From: Candidatus Kapaibacterium sp.
Lineage (GTDB): Bacteria; Bacteroidota; Ignavibacteria; Kapaibacteriales; UBA2268
Assembly: GCA_963665665.1 (NCBI GenBank)
Contig: OY762428.1
Coordinates: 3,616,001 to 3,680,000, forward strand
Reading direction: 5' to 3'
Length of the DNA stretch: 64,000 nt
The notes beneath the pieces are model-generated. The model made no database searches, had not been told where the DNA came from, and worked only from the letters and a program-made list of their open reading frames with translations. Positions 9,904-20,283 of this stretch are shown piece by piece (position 1 is the first letter of the stretch; every line of letters begins with the position of its first letter). The position numbers were made by a program, and so were the translations under genes.

Positions 9904-11210
9904 AGAAAGTATTAATTGTAGCTTATTATTTCCCGCCGTCAGGCGGGCCGGGAGTTCAAAGAGTATTAAAGCATATTAAATATCTTCCCGAATTCGGGTG
10001 GCAGCCCGTGGTGCTTACCGTATCCAACGGACAATATCCTGCCATAGACGAATCCCTTTTGAAAGAGATACCTGATACAACTATTGTTGAAAGAGTGAAA
10101 ATCCACGAACCTTATGATATCTACCGAAAGCTTACCGGCAAGTCCAAAGGTACGGCCATTGATGTTAACGTGATTAAGAAAGATGGCCAGAAGCGTTCAT
10201 TCAAGGAAAAAATTGCCGAGTTTATCCGTGCAACTTTTTTCATTCCCGATGCCAGGATTGCCTGGACTTTAACAGCAGCAAAAGCAGCCCGAAAAATAAT
10301 GAGCGAACATAATATAAAAGCAGTTTATAGTTCATCGCCTCCTTATACGGCATCAATTATCGCACGAAATATCAAAAGGGAGTTCGACCTGCCATGGATA
10401 GCAGGCTTCCGCGATCCCTGGACGAAATTTCTTACTACTCCAAAGCGTTGGTTTATCCCGGCACTTATTGATACTCACATGGAGCGCACCTGCTTTGAAC
10501 AGGCAGACAGGGTTGAATCTGCCTGGCAAGGTATAACAAAAGATGCCATTGGAAAATATCCACTTCTTAAGAAGGAAAAGTTTGCCCATGTTCCAAACGG
10601 ATTTGATTCATCGGATTTTCCCGAAGTTGAAAAGGCAGACAACAAAAAATTCACAGTGACTTATACCGGGTCAATGTATGGCAGAAGAAATCCGGCAGCA
10701 TTTTTCGAAGCTCTTCAGAAATTGATAGATACCGGCAAGATTGATAAAAACGATCTGCATCTCCGGTTTGTAGGCCGTTTCGGCGCCGAGGTTGAGGAAA
10801 TGTTTGAAAAAGCTTCCTTCAGGGATTCAATCGAGTTAGTTTCTTATGTACCGCATTCCGAAAGCCTGAAATTCCTGATGAAGTCGGATGCCCTTCTTCT
10901 TGTTGTTGACGAGGCAAAGGAAAGCGAAGAGATAGTTCCCGGAAAAGTATATGAATACGTGGGAGTGCTCAGGCCGATAATTGCTGTAGGGCCGGAAAAA
11001 AGCGCCATAGCCGACCTTCTTGCCGAAACCAAATGCGGACGTATAGCCCACCAGGGCAAAGTTGATGATATTGCTGATATTATTCTGCTATATTATCATA
11101 ACTGGAAGAATAAAAATGAAGATTTTACACCAGTTATTAAAAATGTAAACAAGTACGAACGTCGCGAGGCAGCACGAACATTGGCTGCAATGCTCGACGA
11201 ACTGACATAA
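9900..11210 (+). CDS. Glycosyltransferase family 4
   Basis: YYFPPSGGPGVQR, FRDPW, VPNGFD and PGKVYEY motifs. Confidence 0.92.
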   Translation: MKKVLIVAYYFPPSGGPGVQRVLKHIKYLPEFGWQPVVLTVSNGQYPAIDESLLKEIPDTTIVERVKIHEPYDIYRKLTGKSKGTAIDVNVIKKDGQKRSFKEKIAEFIRATFFIPDARIAWTLTAAKAARKIMSEHNIKAVYSSSPPYTASIIARNIKREFDLPWIAGFRDPWTKFLTTPKRWFIPALIDTHMERTCFEQADRVESAWQGITKDAIGKYPLLKKEKFAHVPNGFDSSDFPEVEKADNKKFTVTYTGSMYGRRNPAAFFEALQKLIDTGKIDKNDLHLRFVGRFGAEVEEMFEKASFRDSIELVSYVPHSESLKFLMKSDALLLVVDEAKESEEIVPGKVYEYVGVLRPIIAVGPEKSAIADLLAETKCGRIAHQGKVDDIADIILLYYHNWKNKNEDFTPVIKNVNKYERREAARTLAAMLDELT

Positions 11211-11230
11211 TAATTTAATGAGGTTTTTTA

Positions 11231-13303
11231 ATGAAACGATTTTTTACAATTGTCCTGCTTCTTTCGCTGACTGCCGCCATCCCCGGTATTCATGCAGAGG
11301 AAGGTATGTGGACTTACGACAATTTACCCATCAAAGATATTAAAGAAAAATACGGTTTCGAACCTACTAAGGAATGGCTCGATCATGCCCGCCTGTCCAG
11401 TGTCAGGTTCAATGACGGTGGCTCGGGATCTTTTATCAGCCCGAATGGTTTGGTAATGACAAATCATCACGTCGCTGTTTTCCAGATACAAAAACTCTCA
11501 ACGCCTGAGAACAATTACGTAGATAAAGGCTTCCTCGCAAATTCTTATGATGAAGAATTGAAATGCGCCGACCTTGAACTGAACGTGCTTATGTCCATGG
11601 AAAACATCACCGACAGAGTCAGGTCTGCTGAAAAAGATGATATGAGCCCTTCTGAAAAGCTAAAAGCCGTAAAAGATGAAGTGGCAAAGATACAGAAAGA
11701 GGAAAAAGAAGCAACAGGCCTCCGTTGTGATGTTGTCAATCTTTATCAGGGCGGAGAATACTGGGTTTACAGATATAAAAAATATACCGACATCCGCCTG
11801 GTGATGGCTCCCGAAAGAATGGCTGCATATTTTGGCGGAGACTACGACAACTTTACATATCCCCGTTGGGATCTTGATATGACTTTTTTCAGAGTATATG
11901 AAGACGACAAGCCGATTAAATCCGAGAACTACTTTAAATGGAGTAAGAACGGCGCTAAAGAAAATGAACTTGTTTTCGTTACCGGGCATCCCGGCTCTAC
12001 AAGCAGGCTTTACACTCATGCCGAACTTCTGAACGATCGTGATGAATCCATGCCCAGAAATCTTGATTTAATTGATTATTTTATAAAAACACTTAAAGAT
12101 TATTCCGCAGGCGGCGAGGAGCAGGCAAGGCGTGCTCTGACAACATTGTTCTATCTTGCGAACAGTACAAAGGCACGCGGTGGTATGTACGAAGGGCTTC
12201 AGGACGAAGCTATCATGAAGAAACATCTTGATGAAGAAAAAGCACTTATCAGTAAGATTAAAGCTAATCCGGAATGGAATAAACTTTACGGCAATGCATG
12301 GGACAATATTGCAAAAATCATTAATGATAATAAAGAATTCTCGCTGAAGCATTTCTATCGTGGAATAATTGTTTACCGGGCAACATCTCTTCTCGGCAAA
12401 GCCTTATCTTTTGTTCGCTATGCCAAGGAAATTGAAAAACCCGACATGGAACGCAGGAATGGTTATCACGACACCCAGATAGAAGGACTGAAATTCTCAC
12501 TCCTTTCTCCCGCCCCGATATTCAAAGACCTTGAAGAAGCAAAACTTGCAGCCTTCCTTAAATTCGTAATTGAAAAATCAGGAAAAGACAATGTTGTTGA
12601 AATGTTCCTTCAGGGAAAAAGCCCGGATAAAGCAGCTCACGCACTTATAGCCAATACCAAGATGAATGACGTGAATTACAGGAAAGAACTATGGGATCTT
12701 GACCCCGATGAAATTCTTGAATCAGACGACCCTTTCATCAAGCTTGCTATCAAACTCGATCCTGTTCTTGAAGCAGACAAAGACTATTATGATAACAATA
12801 TTGCCGGACAGCTTAAAGAGGAATCTGTAAAAATTGCCAAAGCACGCTTTGCTGTTTATGGCAAAAGCATTTATCCCGATGCCAACTTCACGCTTAGGCT
12901 TTCCTACGGTTCAATTAAGGGCTACAAGATGAACGGAACCCTTGCCCCGTACAAAACCACTCTTTACGGCCTTTACGACAGAGCGCTCAGTTTTGATAAA
13001 GCAGAAGATTTTAATCCTCCGCAAAGATACTGGGATAAGCAAAACAAACTTGACCTGGCCACTCCGGTAAACCAGGTTTCTACAAATGATATTATTGGCG
13101 GAAACAGTGGCTCTCCGCTTATAAACAAAAACGCCGAAGTAGTCGGGCTTGTTTTTGACGGTAATATCGAAAGCCTGCCGGGAAGATATATCTATGATAT
13201 GGAAGCCAACAGGACAGTTTCCGTCCACAGCTCATATATCATCGAGGCACTGCGTAAACTTTATGATGCAAATAAACTTGCCGACGAGATACAGGGCAAA
13301 TAG
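11231..13303 (+). CDS. S46 family dipeptidyl-peptidase (DPP7/DPP11-like)
   Basis: AEEGMW, TNHHV, FGGDYDN, YPDANFTLRLSYG and DIIGGNSGSP motifs. Confidence 0.95.
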   Translation: MKRFFTIVLLLSLTAAIPGIHAEEGMWTYDNLPIKDIKEKYGFEPTKEWLDHARLSSVRFNDGGSGSFISPNGLVMTNHHVAVFQIQKLSTPENNYVDKGFLANSYDEELKCADLELNVLMSMENITDRVRSAEKDDMSPSEKLKAVKDEVAKIQKEEKEATGLRCDVVNLYQGGEYWVYRYKKYTDIRLVMAPERMAAYFGGDYDNFTYPRWDLDMTFFRVYEDDKPIKSENYFKWSKNGAKENELVFVTGHPGSTSRLYTHAELLNDRDESMPRNLDLIDYFIKTLKDYSAGGEEQARRALTTLFYLANSTKARGGMYEGLQDEAIMKKHLDEEKALISKIKANPEWNKLYGNAWDNIAKIINDNKEFSLKHFYRGIIVYRATSLLGKALSFVRYAKEIEKPDMERRNGYHDTQIEGLKFSLLSPAPIFKDLEEAKLAAFLKFVIEKSGKDNVVEMFLQGKSPDKAAHALIANTKMNDVNYRKELWDLDPDEILESDDPFIKLAIKLDPVLEADKDYYDNNIAGQLKEESVKIAKARFAVYGKSIYPDANFTLRLSYGSIKGYKMNGTLAPYKTTLYGLYDRALSFDKAEDFNPPQRYWDKQNKLDLATPVNQVSTNDIIGGNSGSPLINKNAEVVGLVFDGNIESLPGRYIYDMEANRTVSVHSSYIIEALRKLYDANKLADEIQGK

Positions 13304-13326
13304 TTTGCAATTACTATTAAAACTCA

Positions 13327-13359
13327 GGGGCAGGTTTTCCTAAACACCTGCCCTTTTTT
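13327..13359 (+). terminator. Rho-independent terminator
   Basis: gggcagg...cctgccc stem followed by a T-run, directly after the S46 gene. Confidence 0.8.
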
Positions 13360-13959
13360 ATTATGTGTTAGCAAAAGTGGTGAATTTCGGATCATTTCTT
13401 TCCATTGGAGGGGCAGCGGCATTTCACTAATGTTTGAAAGCAAAGAAAAAGAATCCACCCCGACTCGCTGCGCTCGCCACCCCTCCACTGGAGGGGAATT
13501 TTTAGAAAAATCAGCCATCCAGAAAGCGGCGTAGCCGCGACATTTTTGTAGTAAATCGATCCCTGTATGAACAACAGCCCCGTCGGGGCGGCATTTATAT
13601 ATCAGATGTCGCTCCTATGGAGCTTTGAATATTCGTTATGCAAATATTATCTACAAAAATTCCGCTCTTACGGAGCTTATTCCCTCCTTCCGAAGGAGGG
13701 GGGCGGGGTGAGGTAGGAAGGATCAGCTGCATTTCACCGATGTTCTAAGTCATTGCCGCCTTGTTTGAAGATAATGACGCCTTGTTCCAAATCAAAGCAA
13801 GAAAACCACCCCTGTATTCCCCTCCTACTTTAGGAGGGGATAAGAAGTTAAATATCATAAGATTAACTCCCCCTCCTTCCGAAGGAGGGGGCCGGGGGGA
13901 AGTAGGAAGGGTCTATGGTAATGCACCGATGGTCGACACTATTGAACCAAAGTTTTAAC

Positions 13960-14600
13960 CTATTGCTGCCTTGTTCGAATCAATACACCGAAGGTTCAAC
14001 CCATTGCTACCTTTTTCTTCTTCAAAGCCCTCTCCTTTGGGGAGGGTTTGGGAGGGGTCTAAGTTATTGCATAGATGTTTGAAACCATTGCTGCCTTGTT
14101 CCGAATCAATACACCGAAGGTTCAACCCATTGCTACCTTTTTCTTCTTCAAAGCCCTCTCCTTCGGGGAGGGTTTGGGAGGGGTCTAAGTTATTGCATAG
14201 ATGTTTGAAGCCATTGCTGCCTTGTTCGGAGATATTGCACCGATGTTTTGCTTTATTGCTACCTTGTTTTAAGTTAATGTCGCCTTGTTAGGAATTATTG
14301 TTGCCTTGTTTGAAGTTATTATCGCCTTGTTCGGAGTCATTGCTGCCTTGTTTGAAGCTATTGATGCTTTGTTCGAAGTCATTGCACCGATGTTCGGAGT
14401 CATTGATGCCTTGGTCGAAGTCATTGATGCCTTGGTCGGAGTTATTGCTGCCTTGTTTGTAGGCATTGCTGCCTTGTTTTGGGGTAATGATGCCTTGTTC
14501 CAAATCGATGCACCGATGTTTGAAGATAATGAACTCTTGGTTGAAGCTATTGCAGCAATGTTTTGCTTCATTGCTGCCTTGTTTGAAGGCATTGAACTCT
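13960..14600 (-). repeat. Degenerate 21-bp tandem repeat array (plus-strand unit ~ttgctgccttgtttgaagtca; encodes xNKAxxx heptads on minus)
   Basis: 21-bp periodicity; ORF 14269..14613 repeats SNKAAMT-like heptads. Confidence 0.85.
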
Positions 14601-14617
14601 TGGTCGGAGGCAAAGAA

Positions 14618-14900
14618 CATGTTCAGTAAGATCAACCAAGCGTTCAGTAAGGTCAAACAAGTGTTCAGTAAAGCCAACCAAGTGTTCAATAAGGTCAACC
14701 AAGTGTTCAATAAGGTCAACCAAGTGTTCAATAAGGTCAACCAAGTGTTCAATAAGGTCAACCAAGTGTTCAGTAAGATCAACCAAGTGTTCAGTAAAGC
14801 CAACCAAGTGTTCAGTAAGGTCAAACAAGTGTTCAGTAAGATCAACCAAGCGTTCAATGAGGCCAAATTTCACTACAATAAGGCCAAAGAATGCTTCAAT
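14618..14900 (+). repeat. 21-bp tandem repeat array (gtgttcaataaggtcaaccaa), 11 near-perfect units plus a degenerate tail
   Basis: Read directly; VFNKVNQ heptads on plus and LVDLIEH heptads on minus. Confidence 0.95.
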
Positions 14901-15604
14901 ACCTCCGGTCAAGGCAGTATAAAGCCCTGCCAACAAATCAATTAGCCCAAACATCATGGTTTTAATTATAAACAGTATTGAAATAAGGAAATTATTCGAT
15001 TCATTGAACCCGGAGGATGGGGAATTAAGGCCGGCGGCCTGTTCATTGGGGTGGAAAAACGGGTAAACTGAGCAAAAGAATGAGGTGTTATGTTGCCTTT
15101 CTGACGGAGCGAAGCGACGGAAGAATCCATCTTTGTTCGCCAGATAGTGCATAAAGAATGGATTCTTCGCTGGCGCTCAGAATGACATGCAGTTTTACCA
15201 TCGTCAAGTTCAATAGCCACGTGCTTTAGCTCGTGGGTAAAGATGCAAGGTGCGGAGGCAAAGAAAAAGAATCCACCCCAGCCTGTCCCGACGTGTCGGG
15301 AACTCGCTGCGCTCGCCACCCCTCAACGAGGGGAATTTTTCCGGAAGTCCACCCCCGGCCTTCGGGCATCCCCGCCGGTGGGGGACAGGTGATTTTCCCT
15401 CCTTCCCAAGTTGTACTTGGGAAGGAATATTTCCTGCAAAGTTCTACTTTGGAATTATGAAGCTCAGCTTCAAAAGAAAACTGCATTGCGAATTTCAACT
15501 TCGTAATGAGGGGGAATGTATAAAGAATGGATTCTTCGCTGTCGCTCAGAATGACCGCTTTATCAGATTCTTGAGACATTCCGATTTAAAATTTAAAGTT
15601 TTAC

Positions 15605-16411
15605 CTATCCCTGTTCTTTTGGTTTGTTCAGACGTTTTAAATTTAGCAGAATGATAAGCCCGATCAGTACAAATGGTATGCTAAGCAGCTGCCCCATATC
15701 AAAAGTCATAGTGGATTCGAAGCTTTCCTGTACTTCTTTGAAAAATTCAATTACAAACCGGGCGGTGAATACCAATACAAGGAACAGCCCGAAAAGCATT
15801 CCGTTGGGCGGTTTGTATTCGTGTTTCTTATACATGAAAAACAGGAATAGGAAAATGGCAAAATATGTAAATGCCTCGTACATCTGCGCCGGGTGGCGCG
15901 GAATAAGGTCAACATTTGCAAACACTACTGCCCAGGGCAGATCCGAGGGGGTGCCGATTATCTCGGAATTAAAGAAATTACCCGACCTGATGAACAGTCC
16001 TCCGAGAGCAACCGTAATTACAACTCTGTCAATTATCCACCAGTAGGTGAAGTAGGGGCGCTTGCGCACGAAAAGCCACAATACAAATGGTATTGAAATG
16101 GCCGCGCCGTGGCTGGCAAGGCCGCCTTCCCAGATTTTTAATATCTCGATGGGGTTGGACAGGTAGTAGTCCGGATTATAGAACAGGCAGTGCCCGAGCC
16201 TTGCGCCGATAATTACGGCGGCAATAACCATGAATGTAAGGGATTCAAGGTCTTTGAGTGGTTTGCCTTCTTTTTTAAAAAAGTATGACATCAACTGGTA
16301 GCCAACAACGAATGTTAGAGCGTAAAGCAGGCCGTACCAGCGAATATGTAAAAATCCTATGCTGAATATTTCGGGGGATGCGTCCCAGTAAATTGATGCT
16401 AAAATGTTCAT
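15605..16411 (-). CDS. lgt: Prolipoprotein diacylglyceryl transferase
   Basis: IRWYGL, GARLGH, IWEGGLASHG, RSGNFFNSE, RHPAQMYE and MGQLLS motifs. Confidence 0.97.
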   Translation of the reverse strand: MNILASIYWDASPEIFSIGFLHIRWYGLLYALTFVVGYQLMSYFFKKEGKPLKDLESLTFMVIAAVIIGARLGHCLFYNPDYYLSNPIEILKIWEGGLASHGAAISIPFVLWLFVRKRPYFTYWWIIDRVVITVALGGLFIRSGNFFNSEIIGTPSDLPWAVVFANVDLIPRHPAQMYEAFTYFAIFLFLFFMYKKHEYKPPNGMLFGLFLVLVFTARFVIEFFKEVQESFESTMTFDMGQLLSIPFVLIGLIILLNLKRLNKPKEQG

Positions 16412-16424
16412 TTTGCCTGATTAT

Positions 16425-17324
16425 TTATAATTTTACTTTTTTATTGTCGTTGCATTCATCGTTATCTCCCGCGCTTGCAGACCACAGAAGCTTGTTCCTT
16501 AACAGATCGTAATAAGACGAATCTATAGGCTTAATAAGTTTAATTTTTTCCTCGGAGCGTTTGAAGATGAGAGAGTCATCATGCTTAAGCGTTCTTTTAA
16601 TCTGTCCGTCGGCCACAAAGCTTACTTCGCCTGTAAGCGACATCACTTTAAGTGTTATCTCGTATCCGTCGTCAATAACAAGCGGGCGGAATGTAAGCGA
16701 GTGAGGACAAATAGGAGTTATACAGAAGACGTTGGTATCGGGTGCAAGGATAGGGCCGCCGCATGAAAGCGAATAAGCCGTCGATCCTGTGGGTGTTGTA
16801 AGTATAAGCCCGTCAGACCTGTATTCACCGATAAAGTTGTTATTTGCGAAGGCATGAATGGTTATCATTCGGGATGAATCTTTCTTTTCGATCACTGCGT
16901 CGTTCAGGGCATAAATTGTTTCGCCTTCGATTGTTGTTTCGATAACGGTTCTGTCCACAACCCTGTAGTTGCCAGCCAGAATATTGGTAAGTGATTCGGT
17001 AAGGTTATTTACGGAGAATTCTGCGAGGAATCCAAGCTTACCCACGTTAAAGCCCATAATGGGAATACCTGTATTTACAAGTTCTCTTGCAGCGCCAAGC
17101 ATAGTGCCGTCGCCTCCGAAGGAGATAACGGTATCAACCTGCTTTTCGAACATATCAGTAGTACAGGGTTTGATTTTTTCTTTCAGGCCATCGGGGAATA
17201 GATCAATAACATTCTGGCCGGCACAGCATTCGGCATCATTTTCGATTAGGAATCTTGCCGTTAGTTCAGCCGGTTTCACTGCTTCCGGTTTTCCGGGGCC
17301 AATAAATAGTCCAAAACTTTTCAT
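16425..17324 (-). CDS. nadK: NAD(+) kinase
   Basis: GGDGT, GKLGFL, ALND and DGLILTTPTGSTAYSLS motifs. Confidence 0.96.
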   Translation of the reverse strand: MKSFGLFIGPGKPEAVKPAELTARFLIENDAECCAGQNVIDLFPDGLKEKIKPCTTDMFEKQVDTVISFGGDGTMLGAARELVNTGIPIMGFNVGKLGFLAEFSVNNLTESLTNILAGNYRVVDRTVIETTIEGETIYALNDAVIEKKDSSRMITIHAFANNNFIGEYRSDGLILTTPTGSTAYSLSCGGPILAPDTNVFCITPICPHSLTFRPLVIDDGYEITLKVMSLTGEVSFVADGQIKRTLKHDDSLIFKRSEEKIKLIKPIDSSYYDLLRNKLLWSASAGDNDECNDNKKVKL

Positions 17325-17356
17325 AGTAATCTCGATATCATTATTAAAACCACGGA

Positions 17357-18316
17357 TCAGGCAAGTTCATCAGCCAGCCTGATAAGGTAATCGGGTAATT
17401 CTTTTTTAATATTCCAGGTATCGGGAAGAGCCGTGTATTCAATATTATGATGAGTTCTTCCTACCATCACGTCAGTTTTGCCATCAAGAAGTGCAAGTAT
17501 CGCAGCTTCCCCGAGATGACTTGCAAGTACTCTGTCCCTGACTGTAGGGCTGCCTCCGCGCTGAATATGGCCGAGTATCGTCACTTTGGAATTAATTTCA
17601 TATTTTTCATTTAGGAGTGTAGCTATACGTGTGGCATTACCAAGTTCGTCACCTTCGCCAACTATAACAATTGTACGACGCTTTTTACCCTGCTTCAATA
17701 TCCGCTGGTAAAGAATATCAAGGTTGGTAACGGTTTCGGGAACTGCCACGTATTCAGCGCCGGTAGATATACCGGTATCCATTGCGATAAAACCGGCATG
17801 ACGTCCCATCACCTCTACAATGAATACCCTGCCGTGAGAATCGGCAGTATCCCTGATACGGTCAATTGCTTCGGCCGCGGTATTTACGGCGGTGTCGTAT
17901 CCTATGGTATATAGTGTTCCGTATAAATCATTATCAATTGTTCCTGGAGTTCCGACGATAGGTATGCCATGTTCTTCCCACAAGGCATGAGCGCCATGGA
18001 AGGTACCGTCGCCGCCACAGGCAACAATGCCTTCAATTCCGTGATCCCGGAGTTGGTCCGCAGCGGCTGCCCTTCCGCCCGGATTCATGAACTCTTTGGA
18101 ACGGCTTGTTTTAAGGATTGTTCCGCCGCGGGAAATAATATTTGCTGTTTCCCGGCGTCCGAGTCTTTTAAAATCTCCTTCAATCATACCGGAATAACCG
18201 CCGATAACACCGAAAATTTCAATTCCTTTCCGGAGGGCTGTCCGTACAACCGCCCTGACATGTGCATTCATGCCGGGTGCATCGCCTCCGCTTGTAAATA
18301 CTGCTATTCTTTTCAT
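17357..18316 (-). CDS. pfkA: ATP-dependent 6-phosphofructokinase
   Basis: TSGGDAPGMN, GGDGT, PGTIDND, EVMGR and LGHIQRGG motifs. Confidence 0.97.
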   Translation of the reverse strand: MKRIAVFTSGGDAPGMNAHVRAVVRTALRKGIEIFGVIGGYSGMIEGDFKRLGRRETANIISRGGTILKTSRSKEFMNPGGRAAAADQLRDHGIEGIVACGGDGTFHGAHALWEEHGIPIVGTPGTIDNDLYGTLYTIGYDTAVNTAAEAIDRIRDTADSHGRVFIVEVMGRHAGFIAMDTGISTGAEYVAVPETVTNLDILYQRILKQGKKRRTIVIVGEGDELGNATRIATLLNEKYEINSKVTILGHIQRGGSPTVRDRVLASHLGEAAILALLDGKTDVMVGRTHHNIEYTALPDTWNIKKELPDYLIRLADELA

Positions 18317-18392
18317 TTCTTCCCCAAAGGGTTAGTAGCTAATTCAAGTTTTCAAATTTAACGAATATATAAAAAAAATCAGAAACGCAATT

Positions 18393-19334
18393 TTAATTAT
18401 TATCATGGATGAATAATCCTTCTGTTTCCGCGCGGTATCCGGCAAGAAAATCTTTGATCTTCATATTCTTTTTGCCAGGCATCTGGATTTCAAGGATCTC
18501 GATACATCCATTTCCGCAGGAGACTGTAAAACTACCATTATCTATCAGGAATGAACCGGGCATTCCTGTTTTTGCAGTTGACAGACCGGCACGTTTGATT
18601 TTAATTCTTTTATCGTTCCAGATTGTCCAGGCTCCGGGAACAGGGGACACTCCGTTGATATGATTTCTTATTTCTTTTGAAGGCTTATCCCAGTTAATTT
18701 CGCAGAAATCATTGAATATCTTAGGGGCCGGGCTTGCCATGCTGTTATCCTGTGGCTTTAGTTCATAGTTTCCGGATAGCAATAGTTCAATTGTTTGCAT
18801 AGACAAATCGGCAGCCATTGGCATAAGCATATCATGAAGGTCTCCGGCAGTACAATTTTCCGGGATTTTTATTTTGCTTTGCAGGAGCATATCTCCGGTG
18901 TCAACTTTTTCTTTGAGAACAAAAGAGGTAAGCCCGCTTTCTTTTTCCCCGTTCAGTATTGCCCAGTTTATCGGGGCCGCCCCACGGAATTTTGGCAGCA
19001 AACTTCCGTGAATGTTGAAGGTGGCAATTTTTGAAATATTGAATACTCTTGCCGGTAGTATCCGAAATGCGATAACAACCATTATATCTGGTTCGTATTG
19101 CTTCAGTTGCGGGGCAAAGTCCTCATCTTTTAATTTTTCGGGTTGAAGTACCGGGATACCAAGTTCCAAGGCTTTTTCCTTAACAGGCGATGGGAGAACT
19201 TTCTTACCTCGCCCTTTGGGTTTGTCCGGCACGGTTACAACGGCTTTTATATTATATTTTTCATGTATTGCTTCGAGCGATGGAACGGAAAATTCAGGCG
19301 TTCCCATAAAAATTATAGAAGGTTTGTCTTTCAT
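18393..19334 (-). CDS. fmt: Methionyl-tRNA formyltransferase
   Basis: FMGTPEF, PDKPKGRG and NIHGSLLPKFRGAAPI motifs. Confidence 0.97.
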   Translation of the reverse strand: MKDKPSIIFMGTPEFSVPSLEAIHEKYNIKAVVTVPDKPKGRGKKVLPSPVKEKALELGIPVLQPEKLKDEDFAPQLKQYEPDIMVVIAFRILPARVFNISKIATFNIHGSLLPKFRGAAPINWAILNGEKESGLTSFVLKEKVDTGDMLLQSKIKIPENCTAGDLHDMLMPMAADLSMQTIELLLSGNYELKPQDNSMASPAPKIFNDFCEINWDKPSKEIRNHINGVSPVPGAWTIWNDKRIKIKRAGLSTAKTGMPGSFLIDNGSFTVSCGNGCIEILEIQMPGKKNMKIKDFLAGYRAETEGLFIHDNN

Positions 19335-19340
19335 ATCTCC

Positions 19341-20099
19341 TTACCGGGATATAGTGTAAATAAAATAACTTGCAAAAATAATTAAAAATATGCCAAAAGC
19401 CTTTTCCAATGTGCTGTTTTTTAATTTTATAGCTGCTCTGGCGCCAAGTGATGAAAATGGTATAACGGTGACGGCAAGGATAAGTGTTGTAGCTATATCA
19501 ATATTGCCCATGCCATAATGAGCGATACTATTTGTCAGAGCCAGAATTCCGACACAGAAAAGCGAAGTTGCAACGGCTTCTTTCATCGTCAGTTTGTTAA
19601 TTCTTATAAATGCCGTAACAAGGACTATACCACCGCCAACTGCAATATATCCGGAAACCAGCCCTGTAAGAATTCCGGAAATTATTCCTGCTTTGATGTT
19701 TTGATTACTATTGCCGGATTGCTTTTTAAAAAGTTTTGACGCGAAGAAGAATTTAAGTCCAAGTAGCATCAAAAATACGGATTTCAGTATCAGCGGCAGA
19801 CTATCGTTAGTAAAATTATTTAGATAAGCCCCGAGGAATCCAAAAGGAATTGCCGAGAGTACGGCAGGCAGAGCTATATTATATTTGATAAGCCCGGCTT
19901 TTGCATATCTGACAGAGCCTGATACTGCGGACGGCATTGCTGCCGGCAGTGGTGTTGCCAAAGCAAGCATAGCGGACATTCCGGCCATGATTGTAAGCAG
20001 CGGGGTGGCAACCACCGATCCGCCGATACCAAACATACCGGAACTGAAGCCCATTGCTGCTCCGGTAAATATTCTGATAATAATATCTTCAATTGACAT
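19341..20099 (-). CDS. TauE/SafE family (sulfite exporter-like) membrane protein
   Basis: Duplicated GMFGIGG and AVGGG motifs, AVATSL, multiple TM helices. Confidence 0.88.
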   Translation of the reverse strand: MSIEDIIIRIFTGAAMGFSSGMFGIGGSVVATPLLTIMAGMSAMLALATPLPAAMPSAVSGSVRYAKAGLIKYNIALPAVLSAIPFGFLGAYLNNFTNDSLPLILKSVFLMLLGLKFFFASKLFKKQSGNSNQNIKAGIISGILTGLVSGYIAVGGGIVLVTAFIRINKLTMKEAVATSLFCVGILALTNSIAHYGMGNIDIATTLILAVTVIPFSSLGARAAIKLKNSTLEKAFGIFLIIFASYFIYTISR

Positions 20100-20283
20100 A
20101 TATAAATGATATTTCTTAAAAAACTAAAGATAACAATTAATAATTATTTGTCAAATTTGATTTTTTCTACAAAAGAAACTATCTTGAGTTGATTTTTACA
20201 AAAAACTTATATTATTGAATATCATTTTTTATATTGCATTCAGAGTAATTTAATTATTTCCATTGGGTAGTTACGGGGCATCA

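Larger units (their letters stand above)
13380..15600. repeat. Cluster of several families of short palindromic (REP/MITE-like) elements
   Basis: Duplicated hairpin elements at 13441-13503/15259-15340, 13682-13720/13869-13910, 14025-14060/14151-14186 and 15154-15186/15522-15556. Further single elements at 13524-13677, 13802-13842, 15349-15387 and 15401-15520. Confidence 0.85.

Noticed and set aside
13960-14900. CRISPR array
   Set aside because: Units are contiguous 21-mers with no unique spacers, and there are no cas genes.
13324-15654. Short ORFs in the repeat cluster as real genes
   Set aside because: They are explained by stop-poor palindromes and 21-mers, and no single frame is supportable.
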